Under the pieces are notes generated by a model. It did no database searches. It had not been told where the DNA came from and saw only the letters and a list, made by a program, of their open reading frames with translations. This document shows positions 23,566 to 36,469 of a stretch of 64,000 bases of DNA, in pieces. Both the position numbers and the translations under genes were made by a program. Origin of the DNA: Psammoneis japonica (lineage: Eukaryota); the NCBI GenBank assembly GCA_008632985.1, contig QPGO01000155.1, forward strand, positions 1 to 64,000. The letters are read 5' to 3'. Each line of letters begins with the position of its first letter. Position 1 is the first letter of the stretch.

Positions 23566-24394
23566 AGACAGTGCTCATTTTCAATTCGCGCTTCCCGATT
23601 GTTTCCCGGTGCGGTTTCGTGTTGAATGCTGTGCACTGCAACACGCTTTTTCACAAGCAGTGACTGTCACTGCCGGGAGACCAGGAGAAAGAAGCTTCTT
23701 GCGAAACTGTTGGCACCAACAAGGCACCTTGCGATGCACGCAGCACCATTGCAAGCATGGGTGCACACCCGTGTGGGATCAATCCTTGTGTGTGCTTTAG
23801 CGCAATGGTGCATCATGTCCATTTGCTGACAGAGCTCAAGTTTCACACTCTTTAAACCGTCAACTGACACAAGCGTGCTTTTGTTGTTTTTGGCAGTGAT
23901 TTTGGCAAAGACGCCCTCATTGTTAAGAAGGATGACAACGACATTGCTCTGAGTTTGGGAGGTTGCATCACCATCATTCAGAGGGCAATGCCCGAAGCCA
24001 AGCAGCAAAGCAAAGGATTGGGACAGAGCTCACAGAGTGTGTTCTGAGCCACAACACCACTTCTCAAGCATTGCACTGCATGGACTAGCCCCACCGGCAT
24101 GCATTTCATCCCACTCTCTGGGCTTCTCTACTTCGGTGTGGTTTCGTGGGCTGCTGCCACTGGAGGGTCGATCGCTTCCTTGACGCCAATCGGGAACAGG
24201 CTGCAGAGAACACAAAGTGCATTCTGAACTAAAAAATGCAACTTTAGCATGACACTGCATGTCTGGCCCGGCATGCGTTGATCATGCCATGGGCTTCTCT
24301 CCTTGAATTTGATTTCCATGGCTGCAACTGGGGTCGATTGCTTCCTTGCGCATGATGCCAATCGGCGATGGGCCACAGCCAAAACCGCAATGCT

Positions 24395-24610
24395 GGGCAG
24401 TGTGTGGATCAAGCCTCCCAGCAATGTTTGTGTTTGGCAATGACAAGATTGTGTGGGGATCCATTTGAACAAGAAGATTGAAAAGCTGCATGGATGACAA
24501 CGATGCCAGAGGCAGTGTGTGGATCAAGCCTCCTGGCAATGGTTGTGTTTGGCAACAACAAGATTGTGTGGGGATTGATTTGAATGAGAAGATTGAAAAG
24601 CTGCATGAAC
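24395..24610. repeat. Two tandem copies of about 115 bp
   Basis: GGCAGTGTGTGGATCAAGCCTCC...CAAGATTGTGTGGGGAT...GAAGATTGAAAAGCTGCATG at ~24396 and ~24511. Confidence 0.85.
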
Positions 24611-25489
24611 AACAAAGTTCTGCATTTGTTCTAGACGCCACAGAATGCTTTCCATCATCTGTCACCACAGAGAGGAGCCGCTGTCCTTCCTTGCACACAG
24701 ACAGAACCATTCCGCGATGCCAACACTTGCCTTGTTCTTTTCATTCTTGCACAATTCATTCTCCATGTCCAAAACAAGCAAGGGCTTTGTTCATTGACTG
24801 CCGCAGGTCTCAAGCAAATGCAAAAAGAGTCATCATGTCGTTGAAGCACCAATCATGCCTGGCACACATTTTGTTCCGGAAAACACAAGTCACGGGCGGG
24901 ACCCACTGTCACTTGAACCTTGGCATTTCAACAAAGACTGACTGCCACATCGTTCAAGTTGGGTGGTCGAACCGGTGTGAGGGCGCATTTCCATGTCAAC
25001 AAAATGAAGATGAAAAGCAATGTCAGCAAGCAAATCTTAGACAAAAAAGCAAAACAGACACGAAATTGACTTGCATTGGGGGTGCATTCAAATGTAGCGC
25101 AGCACAACAAGTGCACCCCATGGCATTTGAATTGCACGACAAACTCGTACAATGTTGGCAAGTCTTTGATGCGCACAAAAGCTGCATTGCACCATAAAAT
25201 GGAACAAAGAGATGCCCCCATGCATGCTCCATGTCCAAGAGCACAAAACAAGCAGCCAATGAGTCCAGTGGCGATTCATGATCTTTGCAGATCTACGCAC
25301 GACACGCCCAGCATTAGACGAAAGAAAGACGCTGCCCGTTGCTCCACCAAGCCCAGGCGAGCATCTCAAGAAGACAGGACAACGGGCTGCTTTCTCCTCA
25401 TTTCTCGCAACAACAACAATGCCCACCGGATCGCCGTTTTTGTCTGGCGACTCTGCATTCTCCAAGTCTTGATCCTCTCCTTCTGGCAC

Positions 25490-25995
25490 AATGTTGTGTT
25501 GCACTGGCCCATCATCCACAGGATCCTCCGAATCGTCCATCGGCATTTCCACATCTGGTGGATCGCTCAAGGCATCGTCAGGCTCCTTGTCTGCTTCCGG
25601 AACGATTTCCTCCTCGTCAGTGACAGAATTTTCATCATCATCAACAGTGGGATCAGCCAAGGGCTCCTCTTTGCCCTCTCCTTCTAGAACAATGTCATGA
25701 TGCAATGACCCATCATCCAAGGGATCCTCCGAATCGTCCATCGGCTCTTCCGCATCAGGTGGATTGTTCAAGGCACCGTCAGGCTCCTTGTCTGCTTCCG
25801 GAATGATTTCCTCCTTGTCAGTGACAGAATTTTCATCATCATCAACAGCGGGATCAGCCAAGGTTTCCTCTTCGCCCTCTCCTTCTAGAACAATGTCGTG
25901 ATGCAACAACCCGTCATCCACAGGATCCTCCGAATCGTCCGCAGGTGCTTCCACGTCTGGCGGATCGTTCAAGGGATCGTCAGGCTCCTCATCAT
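25490..25995 (-). repeat. 201-bp (67-aa) acidic tandem repeat, about 2.5 copies, within ORF 25088-26128
   Basis: GGATCCTCCGAATCGTCC at 25521, 25722 and 25923. Translation DDSEDPVDDG..HHDIVLEGEG..LADP.VDDDENSVTD. Confidence 0.9.
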
Positions 25996-26049
25996 GCACT
26001 TCAACGACTGCATCCACAGGAACCGCTTCCCCCTTGGTGACAGGATCAT

Positions 26050-26510
26050 CAGCAACAACAGCCTCGTGCGTTTCAATGGCCGCTGGAGTTCTCACCCATC
26101 CATGCCAGTGATCATGCCTTGGATTCAATGCATGTTCACGAATGCATCAGTCTTGCTTCCAGTCAAACTCAAGCAGCGCAGCAGCCAATTGCTGGTCATT
26201 CAGGACGGGAATGACACGGGTGTGTCGAGAGATCCAAAGACATGGTGGAGCGGCCACACCAGCAGGGACTGGAGGAGCATCAGCAATGGGTTCCTTGGCC
26301 ACTGCAACAGCCTCGTGAGTTTCAATTGCCGCTGGAGTCCGCACCCATCTACGCCAGTGATCAAACCTTGGATCCGTTTGATGCTCACGAATGCATCGGT
26401 CTTGTTTCAAGCCAAACTCAAGCAGTGCAGCAGCCAATTGCTGATCATTCAAGAGGGGAATGACACAGGTGTGTTGAGGCATCCGAAGACTTTGTGGAGC
26501 GGCCACGGGA
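26050..26510. repeat. Two tandem copies with a period of about 249 bp
   Basis: CAGCCTCGTG...CCGCTGGAGT...CAGCCAATTGCTG...GGAATGACAC at ~26060 and ~26309. Confidence 0.85.
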
Positions 26511-28561
26511 GCGTCACCAACGCAATGGTTCTTCAGCATGACTCGGTCCGGTTTCCATCTAATCCGACCGCGACCAACTGTTTTGCGCTTCAAGAGCAGC
26601 AGCCACAGGAACAGACACCGCAAGGGAATTTAGATGAAGCAGGTGAACCAATGCACGGTCCACACAACCACTGCAACCGCGAGAGCAGCCACAACAGCAT
26701 CGCACGCTCGATCCCAAAGAAGAGTGGCAAGGTCGTCGATTTCCACAATTCAGCAGGACAAGAAATGGACCTCACCACCAATCAACTTCAACGAGGAGTG
26801 TATGAATGTCCCAACAGGCAAGGCGACGAAAACTTGCCAGATCGCAATGACAAAGGACACGACAGCGTGAATCGTGCAGCGAATCTTGTCCCACGCTTCC
26901 GAAAGGAAACCGCCGACGATTCGGCCGTGGTTCTGCTTCCGTGAAAAACGCGTAGCAGGAGATTGATAAATTGAATGAGTAGCGCAATGTATGCAATCAT
27001 AATGGGGGTAGTAGTATCAATAAAGATAGATTTGCTTCAGAGTGTTTCAACGCAAGCAAAACTTGAAATTGTGGTTTGAGCGTGACGGTCGCTCGTTGTT
27101 GCGGCTGGCCCATTCGTGAATGCGTAGAAACTGTACTGGATAATCCTGTAGAAAAGCCGACAGTCAGTCACGCTTTTCTAGTTTTGACGGGAGGCGGGGC
27201 ACGTTTGCATTCGGTTAGTCGTAGGCTTCTTGGTAGGAACAATCAGAGATCGAGACTGACGATGGATTTATTCATAATGAATACTATCTATTTAGAGCTA
27301 TTTCTCGCTTCCTGCGTCCGTAGCGTATTCCCGGCACACTTTGGCACGTCAAGTAGACCATCCGCTTGGGGACTCAGACTCGAGAGCTCACACCATCCAC
27401 TCGTGTCCTCAGCATCGTATATTCGCAGATCGGTTGTTTCTTTCGTTGGACTCGGTCGCCTGCTCAGTTGAGGCCCATCATGTAGCTCATTCTCGGTACA
27501 AACAGAAGAGTTTTTCTCTGCGCTATCGAGTATGAAATGGCGCTTGCTGGTTTTGTTTGCAAACTTTGTCATTTGGGAACAGGGCTCTGGTGCCGAATTA
27601 TCAAGGAGCTTTCGACTGGCACCATTCGTAATGAGTCCCTTTTCCATCGTGACCATGTCCCATGTGCACCACGTCCTCGTCCTGCCTACCAAATACGGAA
27701 CGGGTGCATCAAAAGGACCAATTGCATTTGCGATAGTAAGACTGGGATATACAATCCTTGTCATTCAAATGGGACAATCAGACTCAACAAAGATTCCGCC
27801 ACGGGTTTCAGGAGCGATCGGTACTGTGAGCGCAACACAATACGTCCTTCTTGAAGCAGCATCCCCCAAAGCATTCGACAAGCTCAAGACGGAAAATAGT
27901 GGCCATGCATTCTCATTCTATCAGACCGAGTAAGCACCAAGAGTTTCACAAGAGAACACCGAGATTATTGCTTTTGTTGCGATCCGTTAATGCTTCGACT
28001 TGCCGCTACCGGGTAGACGGGAACCAGCAAACTTACGAAAGACACGGTGTGCGCTGCTACATGGACACACCAATGTATCTGAAATGCCTTGCGAATTACC
28101 AGAATATATGGAAACGTGTCAAGTCGTCGACAATGAACAATGAGGGGTATGTTAGCGTTGCCATAGAATTCCTTGGTGAGAGCTGTACAAGTCGCCGCTG
28201 CTCAATCCAATTCTATTCAGCGACAAACATCTGGGCAGCTTTCTTTCAAACAATTCTGATCTCGGCTCTTGACCAGCTATGGTCTCAGCTCACTATGGCC
28301 ATTTCTACATCATCATCATCCAACAAAGGAAATAGTGCATAACACCAAACGCCCGCGTAAACGCTTGAGATACGCGATGGAGATTCCCTGAAATCGTAGG
28401 TGGGCGGCCTCCGTAATCCGTGAGCGGTAGGTTGCCGGTGCTGTATTGTGGCAAAGTAACAAAACATGTCAATTTATACGCTTTATCATGGCACCGTCAA
28501 TATAGTTGATAGAGCACGTTTTTGACTGGGCAGTCGTTCGCTGCGTCAGGTTCTCGATTAA

Positions 28562-30210
28562 CTACTTACGATGAAAGCTCAGAAGTTTTAAACAAGCACC
28601 AAAGAGACAGTTGCCAGAGCTGTGGGTAGAATGACCGGGATGAGATGCGACGTGACCAACGAAGCCGACGAAGTCGTCGGCTGCGAAGTAGAGCCTGGTG
28701 TCGGTATTTTGCTGGGGGGGGGCAATTGTTGCGGTAGGAGACAAGGATGGCATGTCGGTAAAGAGAGGTGACTCGCAAACATTGGAGTCAGAGTTAACGC
28801 GCGTCATGTTGCCACCTTGCTCTGAAAAGCTTACAATATCGCACGCGTTTCCGAGGTCGTCCGTCAACATAACCGTATTGTCTTGCCCAAAGTTTGTGGT
28901 CGCAGTAACGGTTTGCTCATCGCCGGACCATGCAATCATAGCTCCCGGTGACGTTTTGTTGTAGAAACAAGATGAATCGACGAGTCCAGTGGAATTCAAA
29001 CCGTAGTCAACAATGGAAAGCGGGTTACCCTACGCGAGCAATTAAGGAGTGTGTGAGAGAAGAGATTTTTTAGTAGAAAAGCATAAACATCTAAATCTAA
29101 ATGGGCATACGCAGTAGCCAAACTTACCGAGCTTAATCCTCGGTTTGATCGAAAGGTACATTCTTCAACAGAAACGTCAATCCTCCCAACACGCCGGTGC
29201 AATTTTCGCATCTGTTGTTGACGTTAATCAAAGCTACGGCAACGTCAATGATCTGCAAAAAACAAGAACACCGTGTGAATATAACAGGGATAAATAATAG
29301 AAGGGTGAGGACCTTGGGCGTAGAAGCACCCAAGAGCAAGTCTGCTATGACATACGAAACAAACGTACTTCAAAGAGGCTTTGCTGAACTGTATCGGTTG
29401 CCCGTGGGGCATTCGTGCCGTTTGCGCCGTCATTGGACTCCACGTATTTTACTTAAAAAGGCTGATCCAGGCGGGTTGGTTGCATTACTGTCCTGTCCAA
29501 GCGGTGATAATTAAGAGCGGATATGTTTTGAGACATGCGCCATTCTAACAGCGACGAGCTGTCAAACTCGTACAGCAAAACTGTATACGTAACCTATCAC
29601 GCACCTTCCAGATGAAACCCCTAAACAGAATGTCTTGACCCGGAACGGTAATTTGTGTAGAGGAAGTTCCACGACTTCCAAAATTGGTGAAAGTCAAGCC
29701 GCTTACGAACAAATTTGAAACATTCGGGATGAAACCAGCAGGGACCAAACCCTCGGGATTGAATGCGGCAAACTGAAACTCGCCGCCTGTCGAGCTACAA
29801 TTGCTGCTGCTTTCGCCTGTTTCACCGCATCTGAATAAAGCAATGAGGAAACCAATATGATCGGCATACTCATGCGAGAATCTCTTGGTGTACTTACAGA
29901 ATGTTCACGTTGGGAATGATAACTACAGTAGGCATGTCGCCGCCCACAAATTCCACGCTATCCGGAATCCGTAGACTACCGAACACCAATCTGCGCCACC
30001 GAGTTACTGCATACAATATTATAAGTCCTCTTCTCGTTCAAGTCTTGGCCTGATTGCAGCAATCCAAGCTCCCAGAAATTGAGCTGCTGCATGGAGCTCC
30101 AACAGTTTCCTCCAAACGTGTAAGTAAAGTCGCCAACAGCCTTTTCAACAGCAAGAAGAAAGCAGAGGAAGCAGCTGCTGCGAAGAAACATTATGTTCAT
30201 GAACAGGAAG
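28562..30210 (-). pseudogene. Secreted protein of the diatom CGxxGxSSxNC-motif type, fragmented or multi-exon
   Basis: Signal-peptide-like MFLRSSCFLCFLLAVEKAVG; exon CGETGESSSNCSSTGGEFQ...LFVSGLTFTN; C-terminal PSLSPT linker. Frames are not cleanly joinable by eye. Confidence 0.4.
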
Positions 30211-30334
30211 ATACTGCGTTGGGATTTGAATGATGCACTGCGATGCGAGGTCAATTATTCAGACGCGATTGTTGTGCATGTGCTACTTTGTGATTGCCTT
30301 CGTGAGGACTTCATCGGTTCGTTTTTGGCTTGCC

Positions 30335-30412
30335 GCGAACCACTTGATGGTTCGGGGAAGGAATCGCGCGCATTCGTGATTTCGCGCGGCGAACCACTGC
30401 ATGGTTCGCGCT
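30335..30412. repeat. Two adjacent short hairpins CGAACCA-n5-TGGTTCG
   Basis: cgaaccacttgatggttcg and cgaaccactgcatggttcg, located between two minus-strand genes. Confidence 0.6.
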
Positions 30413-30456
30413 GGGAGTGGGGCTAGAGTACCGGTAGAGGAAAAAGCGTGAATTCA

Positions 30457-32061
30457 TCATTGGAACATAGTAAATCCAACCCGTTGGAGTCTGTCTTCCA
30501 TTGATAGGGGTTGATCGCCATGAACAGTTCCCAGTACTGTCTCAGTCAAAGGCAATGGATCGTTGTATCGATAATAGTTCTGAACACTGGAGAAGGTAGC
30601 AAGACTCTTGTTGAGTTCCTCTTGTTGGGATCGCTCGTCCTCTGCAGCTGTATCAATCACCATAGATGTTCGTTTTGTTCCGAGGGTGGGCTCTTGTGCA
30701 TTGGGCTTGGCTTCCCCCCCCTTCCTCACCCCCGCAGGGCGTCCGCGAGTGCGCTTTTTGTTTACAAAGTTTTGCACTTCAGATTCTAATGCATCACCAA
30801 TACGAACACCAGTGGCCAGAAATTCTTCTTCGGTGAGGTCGCAATTGGCGGACAGTTTGTGTAGCCATGCCATAATACACGTCATCCGTCCAGGTTCAAT
30901 CTCACGATGGGAAAGATAGGCCATGCTCTTTCTCGGAAAATGTATCAAAACGTGAAGGCATAGACCGTCACACAGTACAGAATAAAGTACTTGAGGAAGC
31001 TCTTTGTTCTTTCGTAGGAGTCCCAGCGACTTGGCAAGTGACTCGGCCATAAGCTGCGATTTACAGTCCAACGCTGAATTTTTTAATTTCCTTGCCTGCT
31101 TCATTTCTACATGATACGCGCAACGAAGAAAGGCCTGATTTGAATCGTCGACGAAAGATTTGTGGCAGACGACGGCATCGCTTTTTATCGCAAGCTGACG
31201 CGAGATGCCAGTTCCTCCAGAATTCTCAGGTTTGCCGGCTGCACGCAGGTATTCATTGCACACTTCAACCACGACACTAACGGCGTTCATACCCACCACA
31301 TCACAAACTCTCATAGCACTTTCAGGCCCTTCTAACTCTTGAACAAGGCCACCCAACCAATGCAAAAACAGGGCTTGAACCTCTAACTCCATGAAGATGT
31401 TGCTTCTTAGCACATGCTGTATCATCTCCAGTCGCAGGGGGTGGTCGACAAGTTTGTCACGCGGAATATCGAGGAGTTGGCAGAACTTTTCGTCGACGAG
31501 ACATGGATCCCCTTGACAGCGACGCAACCCAGACATGAGCGGATTGTCTCCGAACGAGAATCGTTGGCATTGAATTTTCGTTTCACCATGGCTGAACATC
31601 ATAAAGTGAACGGAATCACCGTCTAACTCATTTATGGTTCTTGTACTAAACAGAGCGTTTGTTGTAAGCGTTTCATAGGACTGCTCGATACCATTGGTAG
31701 CATAGCCGGACGGGTCCAATGATCTCGGGATCTCGTATTGTTCTTGAAAGAGGAAGCGTGCAAGAAGAAGGTCCGTATCTCGTGGACTGATGGTTTGTTT
31801 CGAAAGTGTTTGTAACTTCGACAGAGCCTCGTTCTTGGCACTGACTCTTGCAAAATATGTCGCCCCACCTCCCTTCTTCAATTGATCGAGAGTTTCTTCC
31901 CTCCTATCTGTTGAATCAAGTATCTGCTGCAAATCATCTTTGGATATTTCTTGTTGGACGGATGAAGGTAAACTGACGTATGCAGCGTTGACCTCATCGC
32001 TGTACTCAACTGTCGGGATGAGACCCGACAGTCGCGCTGCCGGAGAAAATGCCATGCTCAA
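30457..32061 (-). CDS. 534-aa protein with a possible PD-(D/E)xK restriction-endonuclease-like domain
   Basis: Long intronless ORF with normal composition; motif order KSDAVV...HVEMKQ...SQLMAE...SVLCDG. Confidence 0.6.
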   Translation of the reverse strand: MSMAFSPAARLSGLIPTVEYSDEVNAAYVSLPSSVQQEISKDDLQQILDSTDRREETLDQLKKGGGATYFARVSAKNEALSKLQTLSKQTISPRDTDLLLARFLFQEQYEIPRSLDPSGYATNGIEQSYETLTTNALFSTRTINELDGDSVHFMMFSHGETKIQCQRFSFGDNPLMSGLRRCQGDPCLVDEKFCQLLDIPRDKLVDHPLRLEMIQHVLRSNIFMELEVQALFLHWLGGLVQELEGPESAMRVCDVVGMNAVSVVVEVCNEYLRAAGKPENSGGTGISRQLAIKSDAVVCHKSFVDDSNQAFLRCAYHVEMKQARKLKNSALDCKSQLMAESLAKSLGLLRKNKELPQVLYSVLCDGLCLHVLIHFPRKSMAYLSHREIEPGRMTCIMAWLHKLSANCDLTEEEFLATGVRIGDALESEVQNFVNKKRTRGRPAGVRKGGEAKPNAQEPTLGTKRTSMVIDTAAEDERSQQEELNKSLATFSSVQNYYRYNDPLPLTETVLGTVHGDQPLSMEDRLQRVGFTMFQ

Positions 32062-33789
32062 TTTGGCTGCGGTGGTTGAGAAGAGACTCTGTACAGAAAG
32101 GGAGGAAGAATGAGACAGAGAATTTTCGAGGCTTGTGGCTTATCCATTTCGTTACCGTAACCATTGCTATACACACAAGAGCGGCTCCCAATCTCCAAAA
32201 TCGACTGGTTGGCAGTTTATGGGTGTCGCCATCGCACTTACATTACAGTAGGAACTACAGCGAGAATGAATGAATGAATCGCAGTGGCGGTCTGTCGTGT
32301 ACGGTGATTTCTACGCATGTTTTGTACCAGTGCTTTCCATCTTCAGTCAAGGCACAACTCGCTCCATCAATTTGTGAATTTGAGCTGAAAATCATGACAA
32401 GAAATCCCAAGAAAACAGGGGCTTCTTGCAAGGCAAAAGTTGACAGCTTGGAAGCAATCATGGCAAGTGTCTTCATCCCTGCTCTGCACAAGATGACCCA
32501 ACAATGCTAGAGACTTGGGGCAATGTCTTCACCTTGACACTGGTGCATTCTTGGGAGACCAACGAGGGAGGATCTAAGGCTGTCAGTGCTCTTCATTGGT
32601 TGGCTTCCAAGTGAGATGAACCAGCTCATGCAGGAAATGGCAACATTGTTGCTTCCACTGTCACTCCATCACCCAATTGCAAGAAGCTTGTGTCTTTGTC
32701 TCTGAAAGAGGCTCGTGATGAAATTCCTTTTGTTTTTGATGACCAAAAGTGCAGCCAGCCTTTTCCACTTTCTAACAAGAGGTCCAGCAAGTGCGGAGAC
32801 TGTGAAAAGTTTGTCACGGACAACAGCACTCATCAGCTGAAGGGGCAAGTCAAGCCACTTCATGCACTGGCTCATTTCATTCTGCTTGGACCAGCAAAAA
32901 AGGCAAACGTGGTCAAGGCCATCCATCACAAAAAGAACAATGCCACGCGCAATCTCAGCCACAATGTGGCTTGACTGAGGCCAGAGCCCCAAGCTTTTTG
33001 AAGTTGAGTCTGGCTCACATGCAGTCAAAAAAGAGGTGCTCTCGACTGCAAAGAAAGCACACATCAAAGATTCCCTGTCATTTCATGTTTCAAAGGAGTC
33101 TTGCTGCAAACAACTGGTCGCAACTTGAGCTTGCAGTGCTTGGCCTTGTTTGCAATCCACCTTGTTGATCTGAATCCACAGTGACAGACACACTTTTGGA
33201 ACAATTCATCTGGCTCTCTTTGAGTCATTGTGCAGACAAGAGTTGAAGTGCTGCAATCATCCTGGCTCATTGCGTTCCTTCCTTTGTGGCCACGACAGTT
33301 GTTGTTGTTGCTTGGACATTTCTTCACACTCTGCACTCATGTTTTCCATCTTGTCACCAGAGAAATCATTCTCATTTTTGCGCATCATCAACAGAGAGGA
33401 CTTTTTCATCATGAAGGGCATCAGCCTTGTCAAAATGTGCGCAGTTGGCTCACTCATTGTCAACTGCATGCAGCACTTGCATGTGACTGGCATTGGCTGC
33501 ACAAAATCTGTTTTTGAAAAGTCACAATTTCCGTTGTTGCAGAGGCTGCAAGCTGACTGGTGATGTGTTTTGTGTCAATTTTTGAGCATTGATGGGACAA
33601 ACATTTGAGCAGCTGCTCACATCCTTCAAATGTCTCCCGGCCAGACAGATTGTGTTCCACCCAGGTTTGCTGTGAGCCTGTGGCTTGCATCATGATCATG
33701 CGTGTGTGTGATGTGCACAGACTTCTTGCCTGCAACCGCTGAGACCCTTTGCACTGGTGGCAGAGGGGTGCAGTTTGGGGTGCAAATTT

Positions 33790-35800
33790 GGGGTGTAAAA
33801 AAACACACGACGCACGTGTTTGCACCCCTCAAAAATTGCAGCCAACAAATGGGCCTCCTGGAACACTGATGAAAATGTTGCAAACACAGAAGAGCTGAAC
33901 ATTTTGCATTTGCAAGGGACACTTGAGTGCATTCTTAGAATCTGGTTGATTTGTCAAATGACCATGTCAAATGAACGCAACTCACTGCTTTTTGTGTGAC
34001 ACTCAGACAATGTCGCCAAAATTGCCAGCCGCACTCAAGGGATCCAGAGTGTTCTTGAGCATCCTTTCATGTGTTTGTGAGTTTCAGGAAGGGCAACACA
34101 GGGAGACAAACAGAGACAAAGGGAGACAAGTGGAGACAGTCTGCAGTGGAGACAAAGGGAGACATTTGGTGACCACATGACATGGAGACAAATGCAGACT
34201 GTTTTCATTTTTGTCCCAACATGAGGATGTCATGAAAACATCAACAGATTGACAGATGGCCATGGATGTGGCACAAGCACTGCTCTGTGCCGGCAGAGCA
34301 GTGGTGCAGCAGCTCTGCTGCAGCTGCTGCACTCTCTGGCAGCTGGAGTGCTGGCAGCTGCTCCAGCTGGCTGGCAGCAGTCATGTGGCAACAGTGTTGC
34401 AAACAAAAACAATCAATTTCTGCGCACAAAAAGCACTCCTGTCTCTGATGCCAGCTGTGAGGTGCGGCACAAATGGTCACACGGCAGACTTGTTCCAGAC
34501 TCAGGCAGTGCACACATGCCCCTTTTTGTGCCACAAACAAAAATTTGTGCTTTGTTCAATGTTGTTGACAGCGCATCATTTTGTTTGCATGCATGTGTGA
34601 AGAATGAAGCAGACAGATGAAAGTCGAACCAACTCATGGCCAAAATGGTGGCCATGGCTTTCAGCAACCATGACGTCACACTTCTTTCAACCTTGTGGGA
34701 AATTGAACAACATGACAATGACCACAGCATTTTGCACAGTGTGCTTCATCAACAACAATGATGACGACGCTTTTGTTGCTGGCTGCAACAAAGCACAAGA
34801 GGACCAATCTGTCATTGACAACAATTTGCACCTCACTTCATTCACAACTTGCCTCTGAGGACAATTCTTTTTCCATTGCCATGTAAATTTTTTCCATGGC
34901 ATCAAATGATGCAAGCACTTCAGTCATTTGTGTCAACAAAGCAGTGAAATGGGGTCCAAAGTTGATGCCATTGCACTGGCTGAGATTCATCTCTTCTCAA
35001 GTCTTGCAAGACTCACTCATCAATGAGCAGTTCATTTGATTTGTTGCAAGTCACTTGTGTTCATGTGTTTTGACAAAACAGTGCTCACATCTTGTGCAAG
35101 AGTCAACTCATGTGTGTGAATGTTTGTTTTGCATTTTTGTCCAGACATTGTTTTGGTTGTGAGCCGCCAATCGGAAAATCAAGCTCTCATCTTGCGGTGA
35201 CAACTGGCAATCAGTGACTCAATCCATCCTCAGATTTGAGTGCATGGGTGCACAAACAAGACCTTTCTGCATGCGCACCCATGACAACACATTTGAAAAT
35301 TGTGCCGCAAGTTTGGGCCATGCGTTTCATGCAAAAAGGGTCTTTTTTGTGTGAGCACACCCAAGTCTGGGCAGCATGTGCAATCACGTGGCAAAAAAGC
35401 AGTGCTGCAAACCAAAGCACAGCAATCCATTTCTGAACAAAAAGAGTTGTTGTCTCCGTTTGTTTTGGTTTGTCTCCACATGAGTTGCCAGATGTCTCCA
35501 TGTGCCTCCCTCCTTCTCTAAAACTTGCACGAATGTGATGCAACACTTGAGAGCACTCCAGATCACTTGAGAAAAATGTTTGATCTTGGCGACATTGTCT
35601 GAGTGTTGTTCATTTGACAGAGCCATTTGACAAATCAACCAGATTGGAAGAGTGCACTTGAGTGTCCCCTGCAGATGCAAAATGTTGCACTCTTCTGTGT
35701 TGGCAACATTTTTGTCAGTGTTCCTGAGGCACATCATTTGTTGGCTGCAATTTTTGTGTGAGAGCAAACCGCATTGGCAGCAGAAAATGCAAAACACCTT
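33790..35800. repeat. Diverged inverted repeat pair (~33790-34200 versus ~35440-35800) with GGAGAC motif clusters
   Basis: AAAATTGCAGCCAACAAATG...GGAACACTGA...CATTTTGCAT...AATCTGGTTGATTTGTCAAATG at 33832-33960 is the reverse complement of ~35620-35755. Confidence 0.75.
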
Positions 35801-36469
35801 GCATTTTCTCACCAGAAGATTGCACCAACAACAGCATGGAATGCCAGAAGATGACAGATGCTGTGACAGCAATCAGGGGTGGCACAACTCCTGGAGAGAT
35901 GAAAACAACCATTGGCACCAGGTTGTCAGCTGACGCAAGTTGCTTGGATTTGTTGTGGTTGTTCAGCATCGTGTTGGGCAGAGCGGCTCACAAGACTTTT
36001 CATCTTTTTGTGGCATGGGCTCTTCTTGCATTTATTTTTCTGCTCCTGGTGCCAGCACTTCAAAGAAATGACTGGGCACTGGAAGACTCCTTGCTCTCCT
36101 TCCTCCTCTCAATGGAAGAGACCAAATTTGCCTTGGCTTCACAGGAAAGTCTGGGACAAATGAGATTGCAGACATGTGATTGCACAATTGCCAGGTTGCA
36201 GAGCTTGACCCAATTCATGTTCTTGCAGGAACATTTGAAGGTGGAGTGGAGCTCACGTTCCACCAACTCTTGGGATTTTTTGCATGCCTTTTGCAGAGGC
36301 ATGAGCATCAGCACAAGCCTTGGCATTGGTCAGATGTTTGGCAAGGACAGTCTTGGCAACCTTCCCATCCTTCAACTTCTTCGGCATGTTGACCAGGGTC
36401 AAGGCGTTGTTGCAAAACAACACAAACTGCTTCTTCCTCCAGAGAAAATTGCCACACTCTTTTGATCCA

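Noticed and set aside
27532..28342. Signal-peptide ORF and following fragments
   Set aside because: Frames are discontinuous with no recognisable domain, so no product was assigned.
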